Notes under the pieces: generated by a model
Databases searched by the model: none
What the model was told of the DNA's origin: nothing
The model's input: the letters and a program-made list of their open reading frames with translations, nothing else
Shown here: positions 1-9,839 of the stretch, piece by piece
How positions within the stretch are numbered: the first letter of the stretch is position 1
Layout: each line of letters opens with the position of its first letter
Translations under genes and position numbers: made by a program
Assembly: GCA_050175015.1 (NCBI GenBank)
Contig: JBFXJJ010000005.1
Location: forward strand, 32,001 to 96,000
DNA: 64,000 nucleotides
Reading direction: 5' to 3'
DNA from: Alphaproteobacteria bacterium
Lineage (GTDB): Bacteria; Pseudomonadota; Alphaproteobacteria; JBFXJJ01

Positions 1-2
1 TT

Positions 3-161
3 GCGTGTAAAATAGAACATTCTGTTTCGGAAGAAATTATAAGCAAGTTGGTTTTTTTAACAGATTTTTTAGAAAAATGTCCTTCTTGTGATGCTGATTT
101 GATAGCGAATTTTAAAGATTTTTGCGTAGAAAAGGAAAAAAACAATGAACACAACGCTTAA
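3..161 (+). CDS. C-terminal fragment of DtxR/MntR-family metal-dependent regulator (runs off window start)
   Basis: Frame 3 reads ACKIEHSVSEEII...HNA*; the C-x-x-EH-x-x-S motif is typical of the DtxR dimerisation domain; overlaps feoA start. Confidence 0.65.
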   Translation, partial: ACKIEHSVSEEIISKLVFLTDFLEKCPSCDADLIANFKDFCVEKEKNNEHNA

Positions 162-378
162 TAATCTCAAAATTGGTCAAAAGGCTAAAATACTTTCCTT
201 GAAAGCCAATATTACCTTAAAGAAAAGATTTGTTGATATGGGTTTTACTAAGGGATCTTTAATTGAGGTAGAAAGACTAGCACCTCTTGGAGATCCTATT
301 GAAGTAATTATCAAAGGCTATCATTTGTCATTAAGGAAAGAAGAAGCCGAAGGCATTGAAGTTGAGGTTGTAAGCTAA
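145..378 (+). CDS. feoA: Ferrous iron transport protein A
   Basis: DMGFTKG...APLGDPIEV..KGYHLSLRKEEA FeoA motif; upstream of feoB. Confidence 0.95.
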   Translation: MNTTLNNLKIGQKAKILSLKANITLKKRFVDMGFTKGSLIEVERLAPLGDPIEVIIKGYHLSLRKEEAEGIEVEVVS

Positions 379-385
379 GAAGAAA

Positions 386-637
386 ATGCTTGATAACAAC
401 AATATAAATGTGCCGCTGGCTTTAGCCACAGCAAGAAAAAAATATGAGGTTATTGAAATTCTAGCAGGGCAAAAGCTTAATTCGCTTTTACTTGGAGTTG
501 GAATTATTCCTGGAGTAGAAATCGAACTTATCCAAAATTCATCGTATTTAAAAGATGGCATCATTGTGAAAGTTGGCAGGTCTCGTTTTGCTATGGGGAA
601 GGGTATGGCTTTAAAAATTATGGTAAAAGAAGTTTAA
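386..637 (+). CDS. feoA: Ferrous iron transport protein A (second copy)
   Basis: LLGVGIIPG...IIVKVGRSRFAMGKGMALKIMV FeoA pattern. Confidence 0.9.
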   Translation: MLDNNNINVPLALATARKKYEVIEILAGQKLNSLLLGVGIIPGVEIELIQNSSYLKDGIIVKVGRSRFAMGKGMALKIMVKEV

Positions 638-661
638 TTATAAAAAAATTTAAGGTGTTTA

Positions 662-2755
662 ATGAATATAACGATTGCTTTAGCGGGAAACCCTAATTCT
701 GGAAAAACAACTATTTTTAATGCTTTAACTGGTGCAAGGCAGCACGTTGGCAACTATCCTGGTGTTACCGTCGAAAAAAAAGAAGGTGTTGCAACGCACA
801 AAGGAGTTAAAGTCAAAGTTTTAGATATTCCTGGCATTTATACTTTAGCAGCACAGTCCCCTGAAGAAATTGTCGCTAGGGATTGTGTGCTGTATGAAAA
901 GCCCGATTATATTGTAGATATTATAGATTCCTCGAATATTGAAAGAAATCTTTATCTTGCAATGCAGTTTATGGAAATGGGAGCTAAAACAATTTTAGCT
1001 TTTAATATGTCAGATGTTGCGAAAAACCAAGGAATTGTATTTGATATTGAAAAAATGCAGGAAGTTCTTGGCGTCCCTATTATTGAAACGGTCGGGTTTA
1101 GAAATAAAGGGACAGATACACTTTTAGATGTGGTTGTTGATTGTGCTAAAGGCGATAGAGGTGTTAAGCCTATTTCTATGAACTATGGTGAAGAAATTGA
1201 AAATGAAATTAGAAATATCGTTGATTTAATTCATAAAGCTAAAATCAAAATTCCTGAGAATATTCCAGTACGCTGGGTTGTTGTTAAACTAATGGAAGGT
1301 GATGATGGCATTTTAGAAAAATATTCTAATGAAGAAATTAGGAATTACATTGCTACGGTTAATGCTAAATTAGAAGAAACCAAGGGGTTCGGACTTGAAA
1401 TTATGGTTGCGGAAGCAAGGTATGGCTTTATTGCTGGGCTTTGCCGTCAGTGTGTCAAAACTTCTGTAGAATCAAGATACAGTTGTTCCGATAAAATAGA
1501 TTGTTTATTACTTAATCGTGTTTTGGGACTGCCAATATTTTTCATTCTAATGTACTTGGTGTTTAATCTTACATTTACGCTTGGCGAAGTTCCTATGAGT
1601 ATGATTGAGAGCGGATTTGAATGGCTTTCAGGATTTATATCATCTTTTTGGCCAGAGGGCTCTGACAGTGCTTTAAAATCTTTGTTAGTTGATGGGGTTA
1701 TTGGCGGAGTTGGAGGCGTTGTTGTTTTCCTGCCTAATATTTTGTTCTTGTTCTTGGCTATTGCTATATTGGAAGATACAGGATATATGGCAAGAGTTGC
1801 CTTTCTTATGGATAAAATTATGCATAAAATAGGTCTGCACGGCAAAAGCTTTATTCCGATGTTAATTGGTTTTGGGTGTACCGTTCCCGCAATTATGGCA
1901 ACAAGGGTTCTCGATAATAAAAGAGACCGTTTTACCACAATTTTAATTGCACCGCTTATGAGCTGTGGAGCAAGACTTCCGATATATGTCTTGTTAATAC
2001 CAGCATTTTTTCCTGAACATATGCAAGGGACAATACTTTGGCTTATATATATGGTTGGTATAATGATAGCCATTGTTTTTGCTAAAGTTTTAAGAAAAAC
2101 ATTGTTCAAAGGAAAGGCTATGCCTTTTGTTATGGAGCTTCCACCATATCGTTTTCCAACACTTAAAAGCATTTTGCTCAAAATGTGGGAGAGGGCAGTT
2201 ATTTATTTAAAAAAAGCAGGTACCATTATTCTTGCAATATCCGTTATTTTATGGGCGATGTCATCTTATCCTAAGAAAAAAGTTTATTCTGAAGAATATT
2301 ACGCTTTGCAAAGTGTTTCCGAAGAAGCTGCGGAGCAGTTAAAAGTTACGGAAGATTTAGAATATTCTATTGCTGGAAGAGTGGGACGTTTCATTGAACC
2401 CGCGATTAAACCTCTAGGTTTTGACTGGAAAATAGGGACGGCTTTAATTGGCGCTTTTGCGGCAAAAGAGGTCTTTGTATCTCAGATAGGAATTGTTTAC
2501 TCAATCGGCGATGCTGATGAAGAATCAGATGCGTTAAGAAACCGCTTAAAGAAAGATTATACGCCGCTTCAAGCTCTTTGTATTATCTTGTTTTGCTTAA
2601 TATCGGCGCCTTGTTTTGCTACGATTGCGATAACTAAGAGGGAAACAGCATCTTGGAAATGGGCCTTCTTCCAACTAGGAAGTTTGACGCTAATTGCTTA
2701 TGCCTTTGTTTTAGTCGTATTTCAAACAGGTCGTATTCTAGGGCTTGGTATATAG
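662..2755 (+). CDS. feoB: Ferrous iron transport protein B
   Basis: GNPNSGKTT, NYPGVTVE, DIPG GTPase motifs; gate motifs GFGCTVPA and MSCGARLP; TM helices. Confidence 0.98.
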   Translation: MNITIALAGNPNSGKTTIFNALTGARQHVGNYPGVTVEKKEGVATHKGVKVKVLDIPGIYTLAAQSPEEIVARDCVLYEKPDYIVDIIDSSNIERNLYLAMQFMEMGAKTILAFNMSDVAKNQGIVFDIEKMQEVLGVPIIETVGFRNKGTDTLLDVVVDCAKGDRGVKPISMNYGEEIENEIRNIVDLIHKAKIKIPENIPVRWVVVKLMEGDDGILEKYSNEEIRNYIATVNAKLEETKGFGLEIMVAEARYGFIAGLCRQCVKTSVESRYSCSDKIDCLLLNRVLGLPIFFILMYLVFNLTFTLGEVPMSMIESGFEWLSGFISSFWPEGSDSALKSLLVDGVIGGVGGVVVFLPNILFLFLAIAILEDTGYMARVAFLMDKIMHKIGLHGKSFIPMLIGFGCTVPAIMATRVLDNKRDRFTTILIAPLMSCGARLPIYVLLIPAFFPEHMQGTILWLIYMVGIMIAIVFAKVLRKTLFKGKAMPFVMELPPYRFPTLKSILLKMWERAVIYLKKAGTIILAISVILWAMSSYPKKKVYSEEYYALQSVSEEAAEQLKVTEDLEYSIAGRVGRFIEPAIKPLGFDWKIGTALIGAFAAKEVFVSQIGIVYSIGDADEESDALRNRLKKDYTPLQALCIILFCLISAPCFATIAITKRETASWKWAFFQLGSLTLIAYAFVLVVFQTGRILGLGI

Positions 2756-2805
2756 CAGCCTAAAGTTTTAATTAAAAAAGTAAGGTATTAAGGAATAAGT
2801 GATAA

Positions 2806-2976
2806 TTGATTGAAAATATAATTATTTTTGTTGTTATTGGAATTGCATTATATTATGTAATTAAAACGTTTAAAAAAGCACTTTCGGAAAAAAGTCAAGG
2901 TTGCTTGTCGTGCTGTTTTGATAAAAATAAATTAAAATGCAATGGCTTATGCGGCAAAATTAAACGAAAAGATTAA
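2806..2976 (+). CDS. FeoB-associated Cys-rich small membrane protein (56 aa, not in ORF track)
   Basis: TTG start; MIENIIIFVVIGIALYYVIK TM helix then GCLSCC...KCNGLCG; directly after feoB. Confidence 0.8.
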   Translation: MIENIIIFVVIGIALYYVIKTFKKALSEKSQGCLSCCFDKNKLKCNGLCGKIKRKD

Positions 2977-2999
2977 TAACAGAAAATAAGGAGGGGACC

Positions 3000-4502
3000 T
3001 TGAACGATGGCATATGTTTTAATGATTTAATTAAATCAGGTTATCATAAAGCCCCTTCTTTTATTAGCCAGTATCATATTGATGCGGTTGACTTATTAAA
3101 AGAATTAATCAGATATAAGTCGGTTACTCCAGATTATTCAGATGCTCAAAAACTCTTGGCTGAAGAACTTTCAAAACTAGGTTTTGAGGTGGATATTTTT
3201 GAATGTTTTGATGAAAGTACCCCAGAGAATTTAAAAGTATACAATCTCTTTGCTAAGCTTGGAGATGGGAGACCATCGTTTCTTTTTTGTGGGCATAGCG
3301 ACGTTGTTCCAACGGGAAGCGGCTGGGAATTTGATCCTTTTGGCGGTGAAGTTATAGGTGACTATGTTTGCGGCAGAGGTTCCGAAGATATGAAAAGCGG
3401 TATAGCTTGTTTTTTGGCGGCCTTATCTCAATTTGTTAATAAACATCAAGATTTAAAAGGGCAAATTGCGATTTTAATTTCTGGGGCAGAAGAAAACCAT
3501 TCTCATAATGGCGTTAATTCTTTTGCTAAGTACTTAAAATCACGCAATATTTCTTTTGATGTTTGTCTAACTGGTGAGCCGACAAGTACCAAAGTTGTTG
3601 GTGACACTTACAAACCAGGTCGAAGGGGTAATATTGACTTTTCATTAAAACTAAATGGTGATTTGAATGCCTTTATTCCTGTAGTTATGAATTTATGCCA
3701 AACGCCGCTTGATAATGGCGAACTTGGTTTCCCTCCTTCTGATATTGTGCCTGTTGGAATAGATTTTTTTCATAATATAACAGGGAAAGAGGAAAAGGAG
3801 TTTGTGAAACTTACGATAACAGGGAGTCAGGGGCATTCTGCCTACAGTTATTTAGCTCTTAATCCTATTGGCGTTTTCCTAAATCTCTTAGATGAATTTG
3901 AGAAATATAATATTAATGTTGAGGTTGCCAAAGTTCTTTCAAACTTTTTAGCGGTTAATATTATTCCTCCTGTAGCAGAGGTAATCTTAGCTATTGAGAA
4001 AAATGATTATCAAAAAGCTTATGACAATATTTTATCAAAAGCTGAGCATATCGAGATGTTCAAGACCTATAATGTAGAAAAAGATGATGAAAAAGCTGAA
4101 ATTTTTGTAAATTTTAGATTTGGAGCTAAGTGGAATTTTACTACGCTTAAGAATGAAGTTGAAACAAGGATAAAAACGGCTCTAAATGGTTTTAATGCCG
4201 CCACTGAAAATTGCTATAAAGGGTTGGCAGACAGTTATGCGTCTAAGGGTGATAAGACTGCCAATTTGCTTGCGAAAATACTGAAAGATGAATTTAATCT
4301 TGAAACTAAAGCCAATTTTGGCGGCGGTACATCCGACACAAGGCATCTAGTTAGAGAAGGGGTATGTATCGAGGCTATGGATTTAGGTGTTTTGTCGCAG
4401 ACGATGCATAAAGTTAATGAAAAGACTTCGGTTGAGGGCATAAAAAAATTAGCAGTGATTTATGAAAAACTTATAGAAAACTTTTTTAATGTAAGGTCTT
4501 AA
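3000..4502 (+). CDS. dapE: M20 metallopeptidase, succinyl-diaminopimelate desuccinylase-like, elongated
   Basis: GHSDVVP, GRGSEDMKSG, GAEE, GEPT, GRRG, GGGTSD, HKVNE motifs; 500 aa versus ~375 typical. Confidence 0.75.
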   Translation: MNDGICFNDLIKSGYHKAPSFISQYHIDAVDLLKELIRYKSVTPDYSDAQKLLAEELSKLGFEVDIFECFDESTPENLKVYNLFAKLGDGRPSFLFCGHSDVVPTGSGWEFDPFGGEVIGDYVCGRGSEDMKSGIACFLAALSQFVNKHQDLKGQIAILISGAEENHSHNGVNSFAKYLKSRNISFDVCLTGEPTSTKVVGDTYKPGRRGNIDFSLKLNGDLNAFIPVVMNLCQTPLDNGELGFPPSDIVPVGIDFFHNITGKEEKEFVKLTITGSQGHSAYSYLALNPIGVFLNLLDEFEKYNINVEVAKVLSNFLAVNIIPPVAEVILAIEKNDYQKAYDNILSKAEHIEMFKTYNVEKDDEKAEIFVNFRFGAKWNFTTLKNEVETRIKTALNGFNAATENCYKGLADSYASKGDKTANLLAKILKDEFNLETKANFGGGTSDTRHLVREGVCIEAMDLGVLSQTMHKVNEKTSVEGIKKLAVIYEKLIENFFNVRS

Positions 4503-4504
4503 AA

Positions 4505-5527
4505 TTGAGAAAAATAACAGCAATAGTAATATTTCTTATGGGAATATGGGGGCTTTATTCTTTTAATAATAACCAAGAATTTAAAGTTTTTAAAGGCAGT
4601 GCTATAGGAACTTATTATTCCATTAAAATTGCAGATGAAATTAATACTAAACAGATAAATGATGTGATTTTAAGCGAGATAGATAATGTAAACAATAAAA
4701 TGTCTTGCTTTAAAACCACGTCAGAATTGTCAAATTTTAATAATCTTGTCCCTAACGAATGGTTTAAAGTTTCTGATGATTTATTTGAGGTATTGTTAAA
4801 GGCAAGAGATGTTTTTGAATCTTCTAATGGCGCTTTTGATGTAACGGTTGGTGATTTAGTAGATCTTTGGGGATTTGGAACCAAAAATAAGGGCAGGGTA
4901 GATATTCCGTCATCGCAAGAAATTGCGGCTGCCAAAAAAACGGTTGGTTTTAATTTAATCGATTTTGATAGTGGAAATAAATCAATCAGAAAAAAAGCAA
5001 ACAGCAAAATCAACTTATCGGCAATAGCAAAAGGTGATTTAGTAGATAAGATTGCGCTTCATTTTGATAACTTAAAAATTAATAACTATATTGTTGAAAT
5101 AGGCGGCGAAACCAAAGTAAAAGGTTATCGTAATCCTAAAAATAAAGAGAAGTGGCGGATAGGCATCGAAAAACCAGATGCCAATCAAGAAGGCATATTA
5201 AGAATAGTTGCAATGCACAATATGTCAGTTGCTACATCTGGTGATTATCGCAATTTCTTTGATTATAACGGCAAACGCTATTCTCATACGATTAATCCCA
5301 AAACAGGGTTTCCCGTTACGCATAATATTGTTTCGGCAAGTGTTTTTAATGAGAGTTGTATGACAGCTGATGCCTACGCCACAGCTATTCTAGCCTTAGG
5401 CAAAGACGATGCTTTAAAATGGATTGCAGATAATAAGATTCCTGTTATTTTATATTTTGCTGAAGAAAATGATAAATTTGAAGAATATGTTTCAGATAAA
5501 GCTAAGGAAATTTTAAATGAATTGTGA
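4505..5527 (+). CDS. apbE: FAD:protein FMN transferase (ApbE/Ftp)
   Basis: GAFDVTVG, LSAIAKG, VEIGGE, ATSGDYRN, SHTINP, ADAYATA; next to rnf. Confidence 0.95.
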   Translation: MRKITAIVIFLMGIWGLYSFNNNQEFKVFKGSAIGTYYSIKIADEINTKQINDVILSEIDNVNNKMSCFKTTSELSNFNNLVPNEWFKVSDDLFEVLLKARDVFESSNGAFDVTVGDLVDLWGFGTKNKGRVDIPSSQEIAAAKKTVGFNLIDFDSGNKSIRKKANSKINLSAIAKGDLVDKIALHFDNLKINNYIVEIGGETKVKGYRNPKNKEKWRIGIEKPDANQEGILRIVAMHNMSVATSGDYRNFFDYNGKRYSHTINPKTGFPVTHNIVSASVFNESCMTADAYATAILALGKDDALKWIADNKIPVILYFAEENDKFEEYVSDKAKEILNEL

Positions 5528-5930
5528 TTTTTTCAGGCAGGAAGGGGTTGTTTCTGCTATTGATGACAATAACATAAGTATTAGCATTAGCGTTTGTTCA
5601 GGATGCCATGCTAGTGGAAATTGTGCGATGAAGCATTCTAGTGAAAGAATAATACAAGCGGCACAAAATCCAAAGTATAAAGAACTAAAAATAGGCTCGA
5701 AAGTTTTGGTATCCGTTGATAAAAAATTTGGAATTAAATCAATTTATTATTGTTATATAATTCCATTTTTTGTGCTTATTACTTCATTAGTTGCGGGATA
5801 TTCTGTTTTAGAAAATGAACTTTTATCGGTAATACTGTCTATCTTGGCATTAGTTGGTTATTATTTTTTTCTTTATTTTTATAGCAAAACAAAAGCAAAT
5901 AATCCTAATTTCATTATTGAAATTCTCTGA
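5517..5930 (+). CDS. RseC/MucC family membrane protein
   Basis: CSGCHASGNC Cys motif plus two C-terminal TM helices; precedes rnfB. Confidence 0.8.
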   Translation: MNCDFFRQEGVVSAIDDNNISISISVCSGCHASGNCAMKHSSERIIQAAQNPKYKELKIGSKVLVSVDKKFGIKSIYYCYIIPFFVLITSLVAGYSVLENELLSVILSILALVGYYFFLYFYSKTKANNPNFIIEIL

Positions 5931-5984
5931 TTATAGCTATATGTTAACCCTAGTTTTAATTTTTAAATTTTGTTGGAATAAAAT

Positions 5985-6851
5985 ATGAGCCCAATTTTAA
6001 ATTCCATTTTGGTTTTAAGCGGCAGTGGTATCTTAATTGCTGCTGTTTTGTACTTGGTGGCAAAAAAGTTTAAAGTTTATGAAGATCCTAGAATAGATGA
6101 AGTTGAGAAAATTTTGCCTGGAGCAAATTGTGGAGCTTGTGGATCGGCTGGATGCCATGCTTTTGCGGAACGTTTAGTCGGTTCTGATGAAGAAAATTTT
6201 GCTAAATGTTTTTGTCCTGTAGGTGGCAATAATACTATGAAAACCGTTGCTTCATATCTTGGTTTTGCCGCTTCAGATAAGGAAAAAACTATCGCTGTTT
6301 TAAGATGTAATGGTTCTAAGAAAAATGCTCCTCAAAAAGTAAAATATGAAGGAACCAAAAGTTGCCGCTTAGCTCATATGACGTTTGCTGGTGAAAGCGG
6401 TTGTCCTTATGGCTGTCTAGGTTTTGGTGATTGTGTAGAAGTTTGTAAATTTGGAGCTCTAAGTATTGATGAAGAAACGGGGCTTCCTGTTGTTGACGAA
6501 GAAAAGTGTACTTCTTGTGGAGCCTGTGTTGCTAAATGTCCTAGAAACCTTTTTGAAATAAGACCTGCGGGCAAAAACAACAAAAGAATTTATGTCGCTT
6601 GTATGAATCAAGAAAAAGGAGCAACTGCAAGAAAGAATTGTGTGGCCGCTTGTATTGGCTGTGGCAAATGCTCTAAGGTTTATGAAACAGATGCGATTGT
6701 AGTTAATAATAATCTTTCTTATATTAGCCCCAAGGTTGATATTGAGAATTATGGTTCTCAAATTGTTGGCTGTTGTCCTACGGGTGCTATTATCGGGGTT
6801 GGGATTGCATCTGAAAAAACAGAAAAAATTATAAAAGATAAGGAAGTTTAG
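5985..6851 (+). CDS. rnfB: Rnf complex subunit B
   Basis: N-terminal TM; LPGANCGACG..GC; several 4Fe-4S motifs. Confidence 0.95.
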   Translation: MSPILNSILVLSGSGILIAAVLYLVAKKFKVYEDPRIDEVEKILPGANCGACGSAGCHAFAERLVGSDEENFAKCFCPVGGNNTMKTVASYLGFAASDKEKTIAVLRCNGSKKNAPQKVKYEGTKSCRLAHMTFAGESGCPYGCLGFGDCVEVCKFGALSIDEETGLPVVDEEKCTSCGACVAKCPRNLFEIRPAGKNNKRIYVACMNQEKGATARKNCVAACIGCGKCSKVYETDAIVVNNNLSYISPKVDIENYGSQIVGCCPTGAIIGVGIASEKTEKIIKDKEV

Positions 6852-6853
6852 AT

Positions 6854-8185
6854 ATGGTAAAAACTTTTGCTGTAGGGGGGATTCATCCTCATGATAATAA
6901 GCTTTCAAACAAAGTTGAAATATATCCGGTTCCGATTCCTAAAGTAGTTTATGTGCCGTTATCTCAACACTTAGGTGCGCCGGCAAAAGCTATTGTAAAT
7001 AAGGGCGATGAAGTAAAAGTTGGAACCTTAATTGCCGAAAGCTCTTCTTTTATCTCTGCCAATATTCATTCTCCTGTTTCTGGGAAAGTTTCTAAAGTAG
7101 ATAAAGTTTTGGGTTCCTCAGGTTATCTTGAAGATATGATTGTTATTAATGTTGAGGGTGATGTTTGGGAAGATGAAATTGATCGTTCTAAAGATTTGAT
7201 TTCCGATATTAAAATGTCATCAAAGGATATTATTAGTAAAATTAAGGAAAAAGGTATTGTTGGTATGGGAGGAGCAGGTTTTCCAACTCATGTCAAAATT
7301 TCTGTTCCTGATGGTAAAAAAGCAGAATATTTGCTAATTAATGGTGTGGAATGTGAACCATATTTAACCTCTGATCACAGATTGATGCTTGAAAAAAGCG
7401 AAGAAATTATGGTTGGAATAAAAATTCTTATGAAAGCTTTAAACGTCGACACGGCAGTAATAGGCATTGAAGCGAACAAGCCAGATGCAATTGCAAAATT
7501 AAGAGACGTTTCTAAGAAATATGATGGAATAAAGATTCAGCCTCTTAAAGTTAAATATCCGCAGGGCGGAGAAAAACAGCTTATCGCTGCGGCTCTAAAA
7601 AGAGAAGTTCCTTCTAAAGGACTGCCGATTGATGTTGGTGTTATTGTTCAAAACGTTGGAACCGTTTTTGCGGTTTATGAAGCTGTTCAAAAAAACAAAC
7701 CATTAATAGAAAGAATTGTGACCGTTAGTGGTAAATGTCTTAAGGAACCGTCTAATTTCTTGTCAAGAATAGGTGTTCCGTTCGGAATCTTAATTGATAT
7801 GGCAGGAGGAGTGCCAGAAAATACGGCAAAATTAATTAATGGTGGCCCTATGATGGGCAAAACTATGGTTTCTGATGAAATACCTGTTACCAAAACCTGC
7901 TCAGGTCTTTTGTTAATATCAGAGAAAGATGCCGTAAGAGATGAAGAAACTCCTTGTATAAGATGCGGCCGTTGTTCAGAAGCATGTCCTGCTGGGCTTG
8001 AACCATTTATGATTGCGAGTGTTTCTAAAATTGGTGATTGGGAAAGACAGAGAGAAAATCACGTCTTCGACTGTATTGAATGCGGTTCGTGTACTCATGT
8101 TTGTCCTGCAAAAATACCTCTTCTTGATTACTGCCGTTTGGCTAAAGCTGAACTGCGCAAGATTGATGCTAAAAAAAGGAGTTAA
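6854..8185 (+). CDS. rnfC: Rnf complex subunit C
   Basis: GIVGMGGAGFPT, NGVECEPYLT, YPQGGEKQL, two CxxCxxCxxxCP. Confidence 0.97.
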   Translation: MVKTFAVGGIHPHDNKLSNKVEIYPVPIPKVVYVPLSQHLGAPAKAIVNKGDEVKVGTLIAESSSFISANIHSPVSGKVSKVDKVLGSSGYLEDMIVINVEGDVWEDEIDRSKDLISDIKMSSKDIISKIKEKGIVGMGGAGFPTHVKISVPDGKKAEYLLINGVECEPYLTSDHRLMLEKSEEIMVGIKILMKALNVDTAVIGIEANKPDAIAKLRDVSKKYDGIKIQPLKVKYPQGGEKQLIAAALKREVPSKGLPIDVGVIVQNVGTVFAVYEAVQKNKPLIERIVTVSGKCLKEPSNFLSRIGVPFGILIDMAGGVPENTAKLINGGPMMGKTMVSDEIPVTKTCSGLLLISEKDAVRDEETPCIRCGRCSEACPAGLEPFMIASVSKIGDWERQRENHVFDCIECGSCTHVCPAKIPLLDYCRLAKAELRKIDAKKRS

Positions 8186-8190
8186 ATTTC

Positions 8191-9171
8191 GTGTTTATAG
8201 TTTCAACTTCACCACATATTAAATCAGATGTTTCAACTTCTAAAATTATGTTCGGAGTAGTTATTGCTCTTATTCCAGCTATAATTGCCGCACTCGCTTT
8301 CTTTGGTATGGGTGCTGTCAAAGTTATTGTTGTATCTGTTTTGTCTTGCGTTATTTTTGAATATCTCATTCAAAAAATGTTGTTCAAGCAAGAAAATATA
8401 AGTATTAAAGATGGCTCAGCTATCATTTCAGGTCTTCTTTTGGCTTTTAACCTGCCTGCAATAGTTCCTTTATGGACAGTTGTTGTTGGGGCATTGGTTA
8501 CAATTGGGGTTGCTAAAATGTCATTTGGCGGCCTTGGAAAAAACCCATTTAATCCAGCAATTGTTGGACGTTTGTTTTTGATGATTTCTTTTCCATCATA
8601 TATGTCAACATGGGGAGTCCCAAGACTTTTGGATTTTTCTAATACGGATGCTCAAACAGGAGCCACCACACTTGGTGTGATTAAAGAAGCTGTCGCTAAT
8701 GGTCAGTCTTTAACAGACGTTAACCTGCCTTCCTATTGGGATTTGTTCGTTGGACAAATTGGAGGTTCTTTAGGAGAGGTCTCTGCTTTAGCTCTGCTTT
8801 TAGGCGGAATATATATGCTGATTAGAAAAATAATTTCTTGGCATATCCCTGTGGCATATTTAGGCACCGTTGCCTTTATTTCATTGCTTCTTTGGTATTA
8901 TGATCCGACTAAATTTGCAGATCCTATAGTTCATCTGATTTCTGGTGGTGTCATGCTTGGAGCCATATTTATGGCAACCGATTATGCTACTTCGCCAATG
9001 TATAGCAAAGGTAAAATTGTATTTGGAATTGGCTGTGGCTTACTTACGATTTCAATTAGAAATTTTGGGGCATATCCTGAAGGTGTTGCTTTTTCTATTT
9101 TAATTATGAACTCTTTCGTGCCTTTGATTAATAATTATTTTAAACCAAGAGTTTTCGGAACTAAGGGGTAA
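8191..9171 (+). CDS. rnfD: Rnf complex subunit D
   Basis: SPH, FGGLGKNPFNPA, TGAT FMN site, GSLGE, FMATD. Confidence 0.96.
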   Translation: MFIVSTSPHIKSDVSTSKIMFGVVIALIPAIIAALAFFGMGAVKVIVVSVLSCVIFEYLIQKMLFKQENISIKDGSAIISGLLLAFNLPAIVPLWTVVVGALVTIGVAKMSFGGLGKNPFNPAIVGRLFLMISFPSYMSTWGVPRLLDFSNTDAQTGATTLGVIKEAVANGQSLTDVNLPSYWDLFVGQIGGSLGEVSALALLLGGIYMLIRKIISWHIPVAYLGTVAFISLLLWYYDPTKFADPIVHLISGGVMLGAIFMATDYATSPMYSKGKIVFGIGCGLLTISIRNFGAYPEGVAFSILIMNSFVPLINNYFKPRVFGTKG

Positions 9172-9174
9172 ATT

Positions 9175-9804
9175 ATGAAACAAAAAATTTCTTCAAGTTT
9201 TATTAATATGGTTGGGGTTTTGTTTTTTGTAACCCTAATTTCTGCTAGTTCTCTTGCTGGAGTTTATAAAGTTACTAAAAATATTATCAATGAGATTGCG
9301 ATAAAAAAACAACAGGAAGCTCTAAAAGCTGTTATTGCAACGGATTATGACAATAATCCATTTGAAGAAAAAACGGTTGCAGGAAATATTGAGGTTTATC
9401 CAGCTAAGAAAAATGGCGATGTTACATCATATGCTATAAAATCCGTGAGTTCTAAGGGGTATAATGGCAATATCGAAATTATGCTTGGCTTACTTCCTGA
9501 TGGCGTTGTAAGTAATTTGGTTATTGTATCTCAATCTGAGACCCCAGGATTAGGAACAAGAGTTACAGAACCTCCTTTTGTTAATCAATTTAATGGCAAA
9601 AATTTGGCAAAAGGAATTTTAAAAGTTAAAAAAGATGGCGGTGATGTTGATGCGATAACAGGAGCAACTATTAGCTCTAGAGCTGTGACTGATGCTATAG
9701 CTAGAGCTTACTATTATTTTGTTAATGGTAAAGAGATGAGCAACGTGGAAAATGATGCTAAAACTAGTTCTGATAGTAAAACTGGCGCTAGCAAACTTTA
9801 TTAA
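9175..9804 (+). CDS. rnfG: Rnf complex subunit G
   Basis: ETPGLG; DAITGATISS FMN-binding motif. Confidence 0.95.
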   Translation: MKQKISSSFINMVGVLFFVTLISASSLAGVYKVTKNIINEIAIKKQQEALKAVIATDYDNNPFEEKTVAGNIEVYPAKKNGDVTSYAIKSVSSKGYNGNIEIMLGLLPDGVVSNLVIVSQSETPGLGTRVTEPPFVNQFNGKNLAKGILKVKKDGGDVDAITGATISSRAVTDAIARAYYYFVNGKEMSNVENDAKTSSDSKTGASKLY

Positions 9805-9839
9805 TTATTTTTTTACTACTATTTTTAAGGTGCTGACTA

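Noticed and set aside
1447-2181. 244-aa antisense ORF, and similar antisense ORFs inside apbE, rnf, cys, hcp, capsid and TMP (e.g. 62647-63378)
   Set aside because: Shadow ORFs opposite well-conserved genes, with no motifs or RBS
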